A DNA stretch of 64,000 nt, from NCBI GenBank assembly GCA_965153455.1, contig OZ234494.1:10540001-10604000 (forward strand). The letters are read 5' to 3'. Below are positions 38,228 through 51,154 of the stretch, one piece after another. This stretch comes from Sphagnum compactum. Lineage: Eukaryota. Made by a program: the position numbers and the translations under genes. Positions within the stretch are counted from its first letter, which is position 1. Each line of letters opens with the position of its first letter. The notes under the pieces are model-generated. The model did not search any database. It was not told the DNA's origin and was given only the letters and a program-made list of their open reading frames with translations.

Positions 38228-38327
38228 AACCCTAATTCGGAACCCTACTGTAAGCCCTGAATCGGAATCCCTAGTGTAAACCCTAATTCGGAAACCCTAG
38301 TGCGAACCCTAATTCTCTAAAACCCTA
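38228..38327 (+). promoter_or_regulatory. Telo-box (AAACCCTA) cluster arranged as four ~26-bp units in the NOC2 promoter
   Basis: Exact AAACCCTA at 38278, 38292 and 38320; AACCCTA at 38228, 38241 and 38305; about 200-300 bp upstream of the NOC2 ATG. Confidence 0.75.
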
Positions 38328-38522
38328 GCGTAGCGTTCAGGGTTCTGGGGCATCGTTCTCTTGAGGCTACACACGGCTTGTAGACTGTCTGCACGCACCC
38401 TCGTACGTTCTCTCTGTCTCCCTCGCGACTTACTTTCTTCCGCTACATAATTCCTTTTTCTTTTTTTTGAAGGTGAACACGGTTTTGAGTTGCGTACTGA
38501 AGTCGTTAGGGAGGAGGCCGGA

Positions 38523-41500
38523 ATGGGGAAATCGACGAAGAGCGTCAAGAAGTTCGCCAAGAAGCATCTGGGAGCGGCTATTGCGCATCGGCGGAAGTTG
38601 AAGCCGATGAAAAATGCCATCCGTAAGAAGAGCGATGCAATGCTTCATGCAGGTGCTTTGTTTCCTCCAGTTTCCTTTGTGAGGCTTTGCTTAAAAGAAA
38701 ATTTACATTTTCGTTTCTGTGTCCACGGAAAATTTCCCAGAAGATAATGTTTTGAGCATACACGGAGCTACACAAGAGAGCCTCTGTTGATGATATGAGT
38801 CTCTCTTTTGGAGCGCTGTGTATGCTGAGAACTTCTCTTTAGGATCTCTGTGTATGCTGAGAAGTTTTCTTCCGGAGCTCTGTGTTTGCTGGATTTGATT
38901 TAAAAGATTGACACATAGAATACGTATCCTTCTGGGAGTGTCAGAGAAAGTCCTGCATTAAGGAAAGAAGAGCAGAAGACTTGAGGTATGGGTTGGTGTC
39001 CTAGAGCTTATGGTAAACTTCCATTTGGGACTGTCCTGTACTATCTCACTCTGAGAGAGTTCATGAGTTTAGCATGTAGTCATGATCCAACTGTTCATCT
39101 TGCTTTTTCTTTTTCTGATTTTCTGTGCACCAAACTGATTGCATCAGGTTATGGTCAAGATTTGGCAACCAAAATGTACATATTTCTTTTGTGGTCTAAA
39201 ATTATGGCATTGATATTAGAGCAGAGTCCTGAATTTGGAAGGGCCTGAAGGAATTCAAATTCTAAGTGTTTTTCTGCTCTTGAAGGCACTGTCTGTTTTC
39301 AATGCTCTCCAAATCTCTGCTCATCTATTCTGGGCATTGTGTATTTTGAGTCTTTTGTGTGACCATGCTCACATTGCATTCCAGGTACTAAGTGTGAATG
39401 TGGTTCAGCTGTACTAATGAGCTCTACGTACTCCACTCAGTGAATTGAGTTGTGATGAAAGGGTTTCTACACCTATGCTATCAACTCATCTGGGATCAAA
39501 TGTAATTTGTGATTGATGTTTTGTGTCAACTCATGCTACTTTTGCATTCAGGTTACAAAAAGGATAAAGCTGCAGCAGCAGGAGCAGCAGAAGCTCAGAA
39601 TGGGAATGCAAAGAAACCAAAGTAAGTGGGATGGGACCTCTGAGTTCACTTGTTGTTTCAGTAAGAGGAAGCTCCTTTTCTTTAGGTAATTCTGTTGCTG
39701 GTGTTTCTTGGTTGCCATGCTTGGAAGGGAATTATGAGCAGAATTCTTGAGACACATCATGAAGACTTTTATGATTATGACATTTTTGCTATAGGAGGGT
39801 GGAGGACATGGATGTTGATGAGCTCATGCGTGGGGACTTCCTAGATTACAAGAGTGATGAGGAAGGGGAGGAGGCTGCCTCCGATGGTGATGATGAACCA
39901 CTAGATGGGGTACTTTATTCTGTAGCTGCAACTTTGCTTATCAGGGAGTATTGAGGATGGTGCAAAGGTGTTGCTGGTGGTCATAATGGAACTCTGATAT
40001 TTACATCCGGTTGGTCCAACTTTGATACTACGCATGTGATGGATGAACAGGAGAATGAGCAGGATGATTTTGTGGATATCATGGCTGCTAGTATGGAGAA
40101 TCCTGAGTCGGATGGTAAGTGGCCAACTCTTTTTGTCCAGCTTCCTACTGTTCTGCTTGGATTCATTGCCTTGCCTTCTTTGACTAAGTTGATTGCTGGA
40201 TCTGAGGTGTCAAGGCCGTGACAGCAAGTAAACTGTTTCCTCCTCTGAACCCCCATCTTTGTGGCAGGTCGAAATTTGACATATTGCTTATAATGGACAC
40301 ATGGGAGATTTTTACTTGCACAAGATTTGATTTCAATAAGATGTATATGGAAATGCTTATATGTTGAAGTGTGCAAAGTTTCATAAACTGCTGGTTCCAG
40401 AGGACTCCCTTGACTTACATTTTGGGCATACTTAGACAAGAGGCCAGGCTTGTTGAAGTACAAAAGATTATTCTCAGAGTATGAGGCAGGAGACTCACAT
40501 GTGAATGTTCTGGAACTGTAGAGGATGAGGATGGGACAGACTTGGGGCCTCAAAACAAGACCTTAAAAACTGAAGTGGCCAAACACAAGCAGGAGCTTGA
40601 ACGTCTTCAGCAGAAGGTAGGTCATTCTCTTGGCTTCTACACTGCAGTGGTTGCCTGCTTTGTGAGCCATTTGATCTTTTTGTTCAGGATGTCCATAAAT
40701 GACCCAATGTTTCCTGACAGCCATCACCCTGGCAGACGCAAGTTTGTGGTGTTGGTGGTGAATGCCAGTAAATAATGTGAGAAGCCTATGTGTGTAAGGT
40801 CAGCATTAGGCTCTTCCAAACATGGCACAACAGCACAACAGTCACACAACATTTTGTTCTAACAATCTCCATTTATCTTTATGTGTCTGACTATCCACCG
40901 TTAGCCCAGTCCATAATTTCCATGTAGGATTGAGTTCTTGCTGCCAGACTGTGTACATGTTTGCTAAGTTCCTGAGGTTTGCAAAACCTTCATTTTACCT
41001 GATCTATTTTGTTGAGATGACGGGTTTGCAGGATCCAGAGTTTTATCAGTTTTTGAAGGAGCATGATCAAGAGTTACTTGACTTCGATGATGAAGATGCA
41101 GAGGCACGTCAATTCCCTCCCTCTCCTGAAGTGTTTCTATTGAGTGACCGCAGTAAATTGCTGGAGCCAACTCACAGTGACCAGGGCTTTATTGTTCAGT
41201 GAGTGATCAAGTGGTTGCAGAGCTTCAGCCTGATGTGTGAAGGTAGTTATTTTGTGTAGGACCATGAGGACGAAGATGAGGAAAATGCAGTTGATGAAGC
41301 TGGTCAAAGGAGAGAGAAGCAAGAAGATATTGTGTCTGTCAGTCTGTCAACAGTGCTGGTTGAGGCTTGGTGTACGGCTTTGAAGGAGAAACAGCACATA
41401 GGGGCTTTGAAAAATCTGCTTCGTGCATTTCGAACTGCATGTCATTATGGGGATGGTGACATGAATGAGCTGGGTTCCAACTACAACATCACCAGTAGCC

Positions 41501-43590
41501 ATGTCTTCAACAAAATTATGCTCTTTGTTTTGCTTGAGATAGATGCAGTTTTGAAGAGCTTGCTGGGTTTAAGTGGTACATTGGAGAAGAAGAGTGGTGG
41601 GGCTCCAGCAATTCAAAAGTTGCCCAAGTGGAAGAAGGTGGAACCGTTTGTGAAGACATATTTGGGCAATGCATTGCATATTCTAAACCAAATGACTGAC
41701 AATCAGATGATTGCCTTCACATTACGACGTCTGAAGGCTTCTGTCATCTTCATGGCAGCCTTTCCCAGGCTGGCAAGGAAATATCTGAAGGTGGGCATTG
41801 CCCAAAACTCTAATGAGTGTTTCAATACTGCCTCTCTTGGGGTCTTTAGGAATTTGTTTTACTTCTGTCAGTTGTAAGAAGCATGAAAAGTTATTATTTA
41901 TATTATTGAGTTCTTTCTGATTCAAGCACATATATGTGGACTTGAGTAGGTTGCACTGCATTTCTGGGGCAGTGGGGAAGGGGCTCTTCCTCTTTTGTCA
42001 TTCATGTTCATCCGTGAGATGGCTGTGTGCCTGGGAACTGAGTATCTGGAGTCATGCCTGAAAGGAATGTACAAGGAGTATGCTGCCAGTTCCAGGTTTG
42101 TGAATCCAACATCACAACCTCGGATCCAGTTCATGGTCAGTTGTGTTGTTGAGCTATATGGCATTGACTTGTCAGCCTCCTATCAAAGTGCCTTCATCTT
42201 CATCCGTCAACTTGCTATCATTCTACGGAATGCTCTCACCATGAAGACCAAGGTTGGTATCCAGTCATAGTTTGTCATGTGTCAAGATGTCGAATGATGA
42301 GGATTCGTGTTTATAGACATACGGTGGAAAGAGTGCATCTGTTATATCTCAGTGCCCTACACAAGTGATGGTTGCTTTGTGAACTGTGTTTTCCTGTTTC
42401 ACTGGAATGTAAATGTAAACATACTCAACTTGTTTTTCTGGAAAGGTAGAAAGTCAATGGAAAATTTTATGACCTTAGTGAGGAGTCTTAGCATTTAGCT
42501 TTAGCTTGTGCAAATTGAACTATTTTGTAATTTCTACAAGCTAACTAATGTTCAGGTTTGTTTGTGCACTGGTTTCTAGTGATTTTACTGGAGGTGGGTT
42601 AGGAGAAACTTGCTGTGTTGGTTCAGAGTTCAGAAATTGACTAGAGAATGTGGGAGGTTGCGCAGGAATCTTACAAGCAAGTGTATAGGTGGCAATATAT
42701 AAACTCTTTAAATTTGTGGGTGCGGGTAGTCTCTGCATATAGCGAGCAGCTACGACCTTTGGCATATCCATTAGCCCAGGTTATTGATGGCGTGGCTCGT
42801 TTGGTGCCCACGGCCCACTATTTCCCATTGCGATTGCAATGTGTGCAAATGCTCAATAGGCTTGCTGCTGCAATGAACACATTTGTTCCAGTTGGGTCTC
42901 TGCTGATGGACATGCTTCAATTCAAAGACATTCACATGAAGCCCACTGGTGGGATTGGCAATGCCCTTGATTTTGCAACCACAATCAAGGTTTGTCACTT
43001 GGTAGACTTTCTTCACAGGGGCCAGTTGGTCACAAGTGGCTGATGGCAATAATCATGAGACTGTAGTTGTCCACAGCTGTTCTGATGCTTAGTGTTCTGT
43101 TGGGATTTTCAAAAACAAAGTCTGGTGTTCTCTTAGGGGACATGTTTCTGTCATTTAGTCTGCAAACAAAATCTTATGATGGACAGATGGATTTATTAGC
43201 AGGACTCAGAATTCTGTGCTTGTTTTTGCTTACAGCTCCTCACTTCGTGACTTGGCTTTGGTTTGAAGTTCTTCAAACCTGAAGGGCGGTTCATAGATTA
43301 TGTACTTGTACTGTACAAGCATTTTCTCGCAGTCTCCTGCGTTGGAACATCCACTCATTTTTTCTTGCATTACTGCAGGTTAGCAAGCTAGTTGTAAAGA
43401 CACGATCATTCCAGGAAGCTTGTGTGACAGGGGTCATTGAGCAGCTAACTGAACATCTTGCGCAACATAGCTACAGTGTTTCATTTCCAGAGTTGGCAGT
43501 GGTACCACTGGTGCAGCTGCGGCATTTGATCAAAGACACCACAGTGGAGCGCTTCCGTCGCCAGGTCAAGCTTTTGGTTGAGCAGGTATC

Positions 43591-43644
<54 letters not shown>

Positions 43645-44760
43645 GGGTTGGGGGATTTGGATGACAAACTGGACTATGTGTTTGGTGATAGCTTTTTTGA
43701 ATATAGAGCTATGTTGGCAGATTGAACGGAATGTGGAGTATGTTGGGAGGAAACGTGATGGGGTGACGTTCTCTCCTAAAGATATCTCAGCCGTGTCCTC
43801 TTTTCTTGAGGTATGATCTCTGACTTTTGGTTTATCAAATGCTCCATAACAGTCACAAGGAGTCCCTCTACCTTCTTCTGTTCTTTTGTAACATACATAT
43901 TGTACACCTGTGTGGCTGTGTTGGGTGAGCAGGTGGAGAAAAAGGCAGGTGCTAGTCCTTTGTCTCAGTTTCTTCTCACTTTGCAACGACAAGCAGTACA
44001 GCATCAAACTGCACTGCGTACACCCAGGTTGCACTCATTAATATCCTTGTGCTGAAGCATTCTGGTTGCACTGTTGTTGTCATGACATGTGTGGCCTTCA
44101 ACATAATTTCTCTAGTGTGCAAATCTGATTTGGGCTGGGGTTTGTCAGTGTGTTGGTTGGGAGTGACAAGAAGCAACGTCAAGCAAGTGATAATGAAGAG
44201 TCCGAGGATGAGGAGGATGATGCGGAGCAGGGAGCAAAGGTTTTCAGTAATCAGTGGCTCCCTACCAAGAAAGTCCCAGTGTATGTAAACTTGAGCATGC
44301 CTCCCCTTCTTAAGATTTGGGCAGTGTGTGCTAGCAGGTAGAGTTTCTTTATGGCATATTTTTTTGTTTGGCATTCTGTATAAAGTTGGGAACAGTCATT
44401 GTGCAAGATAATGCATCTCTAAAATGTGTTGATTGCAGAGAGACTGCAACCAAGAAGACAAAACCAAGTACACATGTAGCAGCAGAAGGAGATGATGAGG
44501 AGGATATTGTGGAAGATTTGATGCTCTCTTCTGATGAAGAGGTTGATGAGGAAGAGGATAATGGAGGTGACCTGAAGTCCCTAGGCGATTCAGATGATGA
44601 CAGTGGCAAGAAACACCTCACCTCACACAAGAAGGGACGACCAATGTCTGTAGGAGGAAGGTTGAATCAAATCGGAGGTTGTCGAAATGCAGCTGGAAAC
44701 AAAACAGGAGGGAAGAAATTTAGCAAGTCAAATCCGAGAAAGAAGGGGAAAGCTGTTTAA
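38523..44760 (+). CDS. NOC2: Nucleolar complex protein 2 homolog (60S ribosome biogenesis), about 849 aa, 14 exons
   Basis: Exons 38523-38652, 39552-39621, 39795-39909, 40051-40114, 40522-40616, 41032-41103, 41260-41790, 41950-42252, 42666-42989, 43379-43585, 43721-43810, 43933-44027, 44149-44280, 44439-44760; total 2550 nt. Motifs MGKSTKSVKKFAKKHL, HKQELERLQQKDPEFYQFLKEHDQELLDF, AFRTACHYGD, AFIFIRQLAIILRNAL, VYRWQYINSL, PLAYPLAQVI, YFPLRL, SVSFPELA. The exon 6 donor is uncertain (GC at 41104 or GT at 41131). Confidence 0.93.
43591..43640. repeat. Compound microsatellite (TG)10(AG)15 at the start of NOC2 intron 10
   Basis: Directly visible, starting 5 nt into the intron that opens with the GT donor at 43586. 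Confidence 0.95.
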
Positions 44761-47299
44761 GATGATACCAAGTTCTATTTTACAGGTCTTAGTGTGGAGA
44801 GAAAATCATGCTATTTGAAATTGTGTACTAGATTTGGGGCTCTATTATGGTCATCATGAGGTCTATGGCCTCCAGGGCAGTTTTGTAGCAAATTGAAGGA
44901 GATACTGACAGAGAAGTTAGGTGTTGTGTGTCAGTTTTCAGTGCACCCTGAAGTGACCATGTGTGCGTTTGAAAATGAAAGGGTCAGATGGTAACAAGAT
45001 TAAACCTACTGATTCTGAGGAGATGCAGGGTGGTTCATATTTGCAGCATTGTGTGACATGTCACATTCATGGGGCCCAGTCTTGGATCATTCCTTGGTGG
45101 GAATGTAATGATTCTCAAACCAAGACCTGCCTTCTCTTGTGCTTTTTGCCCTTCCTATGCAGCTTTAAGTCAACATATAGTTCCAAGGCCTGACTGCTAA
45201 CAGGGTAATGTATTCTACCATTGCCAATGAGAAGTCACATCTGTTTTGTGGGATTGTTGAGTAGAAGATGAATGCAAGAGCATATTAAAGATGCGAGCTT
45301 CAGTCAGAGTCTCTTGCATGCTATTCATTTATTTTGCCAGTCTTCTTGTGCTAGGCCTGCTGGCATACCTGTGCTCTTCCTTTTGGGAGTGTTTGTATTA
45401 GGTTTTCCAAATAGTGGCCAATGTGGATATTTGGCACATCCCTGCTCAGGGCTTGTGGTGTCCTGTGTCTGGCATGTGCACTTGTTGGCGTGATTACTTT
45501 TGGAGTTGGTCTTGCCCTTTTACCTCCTAGGGAAGGCCTCAAGCAATCCAGTTTACATCATACAACTAAATGTGTATGTCGTGCATGGCAGGCAAAGGGA
45601 CATTGCGATCACTTCTTGAGACACTGCTGATACCAGGCTCTAGCTTTTCTGATGATAAGTTTGTCTAAGAAACGGATTCCCCACATTTGCTGCTATATGC
45701 TAACAGGAATTGATGTGAAGGTGGGTATTTTTTGAGAAGAGAGAAGTGGCATGTTACAAGTCTGCAGAGTGGCAACAGCCTTCCTGTGAACCTTTCTGGT
45801 AGCATCCAATGCTGGTTAGAATTTGAATATCTCTGTGCCGAAATGAAATGCACTGAGCCCTGGTTTTGATTATATGAAAGTTCTGCTGCCAGGGACCTTA
45901 TCACTATGGGTGAATTGATCAGTGTCTGATTGTTTATGACAGGCACAACCTAGAGTATTAAATCAGACATTAGCAGCCTTCTCATTTTTACATGCTCATG
46001 TGTTGAAATCTTTGGTTGGAAGCTCCCGGCAGTTGACATTCAATGTGTCTGCTGCTTCAGCAATGTAGGCTAGAAAAAATTCTTGTGAGAACTTGAATTT
46101 GTTTCACTTAGTCCTAATGTCTCATGGTCTTGTCCAAGACATCAGTACCACAGTAAACAGTGACTTTCTTTCAATGATTAGTGTTAGAATAGTCTTGTGC
46201 ATTTGAATAGAAGTAGAAATTTTTCTACAGGTTAAGATTTTGCTATGAAACTGTGCATTGGCCAAGTTATAATCCTGTGAACCAGTATATTGCAATCAAA
46301 TCTTCAAAATGTATGAGAAGTTTTTTTGAATAAAAGGTAAAATGCAGCAGTTAAATACTGTTGCCAGTTGACAATTTTATGCTAAGATTATTTTCTTTGC
46401 AGAGCTTTTTGATCCTATGCAATAGGAGAGGATGTTTGATGTCTTCGAAGAGTCTTTAAAAAGCTTGTTTTAAAAGCATGTCTGCACAGGGATTATCTCC
46501 TAACCAAAACAGTAAACCTGCCCACGAGGAATACTTCTGCACCTACCACACGATTCTCTCACAAAAGTTGTGGTACTGAGTCTACTACCAACTGCATTTG
46601 CTCACAACATGGAAATATATCTCTATAAAATGAATTTTGAGAATAAAATTGGAGAATGATGTTCCCCTGAGATATTGATACAAGGTATGTTACAAGAACC
46701 GGTCTTTCAGGCTCAAACCTGCAAAGTATTTGGAACAGAGTTTGAAGAAACATCTCTCCAGTTAGCTCTGGATCAGGAACTAGCAGTCCACTGGCTGTGG
46801 CATCCTGTTAGCAGACTCATTTGATGGGTCCTCCAATACGTTGCAAGACCATAACAGACCACTATAATTGGCTCTATTCCTGTTTCCAATCTTATCAAAA
46901 TTGCCGGTACAAAGTATGAAGATGTGTGGAGGACAATACCCTCAAAGCTCAAATCCAATGTCCCAAAGCAAATCACTTTTTTCCTCGGTTCAGAGGTCCT
47001 GTCTCACTGTGTGCAATAGGCTTATAAAGGTAGGGGAAACTACCCAACTTCTGAGTCTATGGAACCTCTTTGCACAGGTATATTAAGTCACAATACGAGA
47101 CCATGGATTCTTACGGCCCAGGACAATCTCGATACGTTCAGTATCTTTGATGTCATGGTCTTGGAAATATGGCTTCTCAATTAGCCATGCTGAAGAGAAG
47201 AAGCAGCCTTGTGCTGCCATGACATCCTGTGGGATGATTTGACTGCAAGAATGAGCAGGTTGTTTCTTCGCAGACATCAGCACTGCCATACTTCCATCC

Positions 47300-50200
47300 T
47301 TATCTCCCTTCTTGAAGATCCTCTGATATTATGGTAGTTCTTGTCAGAAGATCATTCTCAATGCCCACCAGACCTGAAAATGGGCCTGATGAGAAAGTTG
47401 ATGATGAGCCTTCAGATCCAAAGGTAGTTAAGGTAGGCCTATGCATGTACAATGTGGTGGCAGATGATCTCTTTGAGGCGGACACAGATTTTGGTGTATC
47501 TGCAGCACCTTCTTTCTCCCCTTCACTGCTCATACCTCTTTCGACTTCACTGCTGGTCGCATATTCATGGGGTCGGCACACAAGTTTGAGAGTGTGGACC
47601 ACCTCTCCCATGGTGGGCCTCTGATTCCACTCGGGTGCCACACATGCAGCAGCAATGGCTGCTACCTGGGCAAAGTCCTCTGGAGGGTACTTGCCTCCCA
47701 AACGAGGATCTGCAAGCTCATGAAGCCTATATCTCTCCATGATTAGAGGTCGTGCCTGCACAAGTCAAATCTTGGTTCATCAATTCGTGCTTCAATATTT
47801 GAACCCATTTTGTCAGCAACCACTAACTGTACAAATTTGTCAATTTGTATGGCCATATGCCACACAAAATGCAGTATAAAGGATTGAAACTTACCCAGGT
47901 TGTTATGTTCTCACCCCCTGCTGGTTGACTGTGATCCACCGGCTTCCTCCCAGAAAGCAGTTCAAGCAACACTACACCATAGCTATATACATCACTCTTT
48001 ACCAATAGGTGTCCAGTCATTGCATATTCTGGTGCCACATACCTGGCAGACAAAAAGGGAAAAGTCAACCTTCAACTACATGAATAGACACTGGCTCTAT
48101 CAAACCCAAGTTTTGAAATGTGGCTTAGAGAGTGGAATGCGTGGAAGTTGCTACATCTAAACAGGAATCTGCCCAAGCAAAAGAACTCCAAGTCAACTCC
48201 AAAATCTCTAGCCAGAAGACAACCTAATAATTGTCTGTCTGAAGGCATGCAAGGGCAGGGAAGAGTGGATAAGGAAGTTAACAACGTACCCAAAAGTTCC
48301 CATTACACGAGTAGATACGTAATCTTGTTGGCCTTCTGGGGCTGATCTTGCAAGGCCAAAATCTGCCACTTTTGGGTTGAAGTTATCCTCCAGCAAAATA
48401 TTGGATGCTTTGAAGTCTCTATGAATGATGCAAGGCTGTGAGTCTTCATGCAAGTAAGCTAGTCCACGTGCTGCACCTAGGGCAATCTTCATGCGTGTGT
48501 TCCAATCCAGTGGCCCACGTGCTTGGCCCAAATGTCCTGTTCACCCACAAGCAATTTGCAACCATAATTCATTGAATGACATCCAGATATCCTCTCAGGA
48601 GATTTAGCACCCACCCAATAAAGCTGCAACTGATCCCAGTAAGAAAGAAAGAAAAAAGCTCGTACCATGCAGCCAGGCCTCCAAGCTTCCATTTGGGACC
48701 AACTCATAGCATAATAGTTGCTGAAGAGGTTCAAGGGAGCAATAATAACCAAGCAATTTTACCAAGTGGCGGTGGTGGAGCCTGCTCAACATCTCAACCT
48801 CAACCAAGAACTCCTTGTCTCCCTGGTTCCCACCACTGGTCAGCTTTTTAATTGCTACTTCTGTCCCATCCTTAAGGACACCTCGATAAACTTTACCAAA
48901 GCCTCCTTCACCGATGAAGAATGACGGAGAGAAATCATTGGTTGCTTCTTGCAATTCCTTGAAAGTGAACTCTAGGGTATTTGAAGGGCGAGGAAGCGAC
49001 CTCTCACGTGTTGTGATCATTCTAGTGGTGGATGGTGCCTGTCTAGGTGTTGTTAGCACTGCAGTCACTGCCACAGCAATGGCCATAATGTTAGGACCAC
49101 CCATGTCAGTGTGCATTGACGGCCAGCAAACTGACAACAAACACAAATGCAATTCTTAACATTTGTCCTGCTTGTCACATGAAATTCTAGTTCACCCCTC
49201 AATGGTCAACACAAGGAAAGCAAGTTGGCAGGACGGTAAAAACCTCTCCTAGCAGCAGCCTCAGGATTCTTGACATTTTCCTTTCTCTTCTTTGTGATGC
49301 ATCTCCAGACTGACAAGGCTATAATCAGCAGAAGTATTGCACTGCCCCCAACAATACCAATGATCACCCACATTATGTCATGAGTCCTCTTGCCTGAGGA
49401 AGGCAAAGGACCCTCGGCTGATGGCTTCCCACCTTGAGAAGATGGACTTGGGGCTGATGGAGCATTGATGGGACTGAAGGGTATAACATCTGCAAACACA
49501 TGATGCAGCTCAGTCTCTCACTCCTCCACTGTCCTGGCACTGGTCTCACCACACTCAACAAACTGAAAAATATGATACTATCATTTTGCATGAGTGGATC
49601 AGCCTCAACTTTCTTTGGGTCTGGACGAGATGGTGCCAGAAGAATTTCAAAGCTTTCCCTACTGAAACTTCACAAAGCAAACCTAGGGTATGAGACTGCA
49701 ACCACATTACCTGCTTCACCAAATAGGAAAAACACAACATATCTTTTGCTTACCAGGGGATGGTGAAGGGGGCATAAACACTGTGATATTGACAACAGTG
49801 TAATTTCCAAACAAGGTACTGCTGAATTGTATCGAATGTGTGAGAAGCGATGAGTTGATCATACTGATTTCTTCAGGCGGAAAGCTTAAACCCACAAGGG
49901 GTCCAATGTCCACTGACATGTCTAGGGTGAAGTTAGTCCCAAACTGGAAAGCCTGGATTTGGACCTGCACATCCTTTAGATGCAGCTGCGAGGCCAGCTC
50001 ATGCTGGAAAAGAGAAGTCAAATTAGTAAAAGCACTCGATGCATTCTCCATATGGAATGCAACCTCAATAGGGTAGACACATTGGCAGGCTGAGTTTGAT
50101 GAACCTGGTAGGGCCATCATGTTGGTCGTGCAGCACCCTGGAAATGGGAAAGACAAACAAACAAGTGTATGTAATAAGGACCTCACATGAGAACATGACG

Positions 50201-51154
50201 GACTCCAGGAAGGAGAGTCAGAGATGTAAGACCTCTCCGGCACAAACTAATGTCTTCCATCCAGCACAATGGCACCAGTGTGGTGCAGAAGAGCAAATAC
50301 TCTGTGGCTAAATACAAAACAGGTCTTGATCTTCTGGAATTGAAGCTGATGACAGTAAGGGCAGATGATGGCATACCTGGAGGGGGTGCAAGCCCTGGTG
50401 AAGGAGCTGGAGAACTACTTGTGGGCTGTGATGGTTTATTAGGAGGGGATGAAGGAGGTAATATGGTGGTTGGGACACCCGGGCTGAGTGCAGGAGCTCG
50501 TGGGGTAGAAGCTGGTGCTTGCCGGGGAGGGGGAGGTAGTGGAGGAGTTTGAATTGGAGAAAGCAGTGGAACGAAGGAGGAGGCAGGTGGAGGTCCTAAA
50601 GGTGGGTGTGAGGTTGTGGGAGGGAAACCAGACCCTAATGATGGACCTGTTGCAGCAGGAAGTGGAGATGGTGGTGGCAACACAGGGACAATGGGTGGAG
50701 GTGAAACTGTGGAGGGTGGTGCGGAGTGCACAGCATGGACTGGTGGACTCAAGGGCACTGATGAAGGGGCTACAGCTTGAGCCAGAGGTGGGTGTGGTGA
50801 AGAAACTGATGACAAAAACCTTGAATGACTTCTGTGAGGCAAAAGCAAAGGGGAGGGTGAGAGGTTGGCAGAGGAGATCAGAGATTGTGATTGTGATGAA
50901 AAGGTTGCTGCCAGGCAGCAAGAGAAGGGTATTGCAAAAACCTGTTTACCCTGAGCGACCAATCCTGCAAGGTTAAGAACAGCAACTACAAAGTGTTCAG
51001 CTGTCTGCATGTCACACCAGGAAACAATGCACATTACCAGAAGCACTATGCCAAATGGGGGGGGGGGAAAAACCCCCAAGAACCAATTGGCTTCACATGT
51101 GCGAGGACACAAGAGTGATGTCTGTGGAATGCAGAGTAGGCATTCGAAGGACAT
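47300..51154 (-). CDS. Proline-rich receptor-like Ser/Thr kinase, extensin/ALE2-type (At4g02010-like); start codon uncertain
   Basis: Exons 51154(?)-50377, 50137-49754, 49489-49244, 49130-48666, 48536-48290, 48042-47895, 47755-47300; total 2724 nt. Pro/Ser-rich ectodomain; CC..M..PG..CQCVYP domain; [24 protein letters not shown]; kinase motifs [36 protein letters not shown]-terminus SEDLQEGR. Confidence 0.9.

Noticed and set aside
50515..50976. 153-aa Val/Glu-rich plus-strand ORF
   Set aside because: Antisense reading of the Pro/Ser-rich kinase exon.
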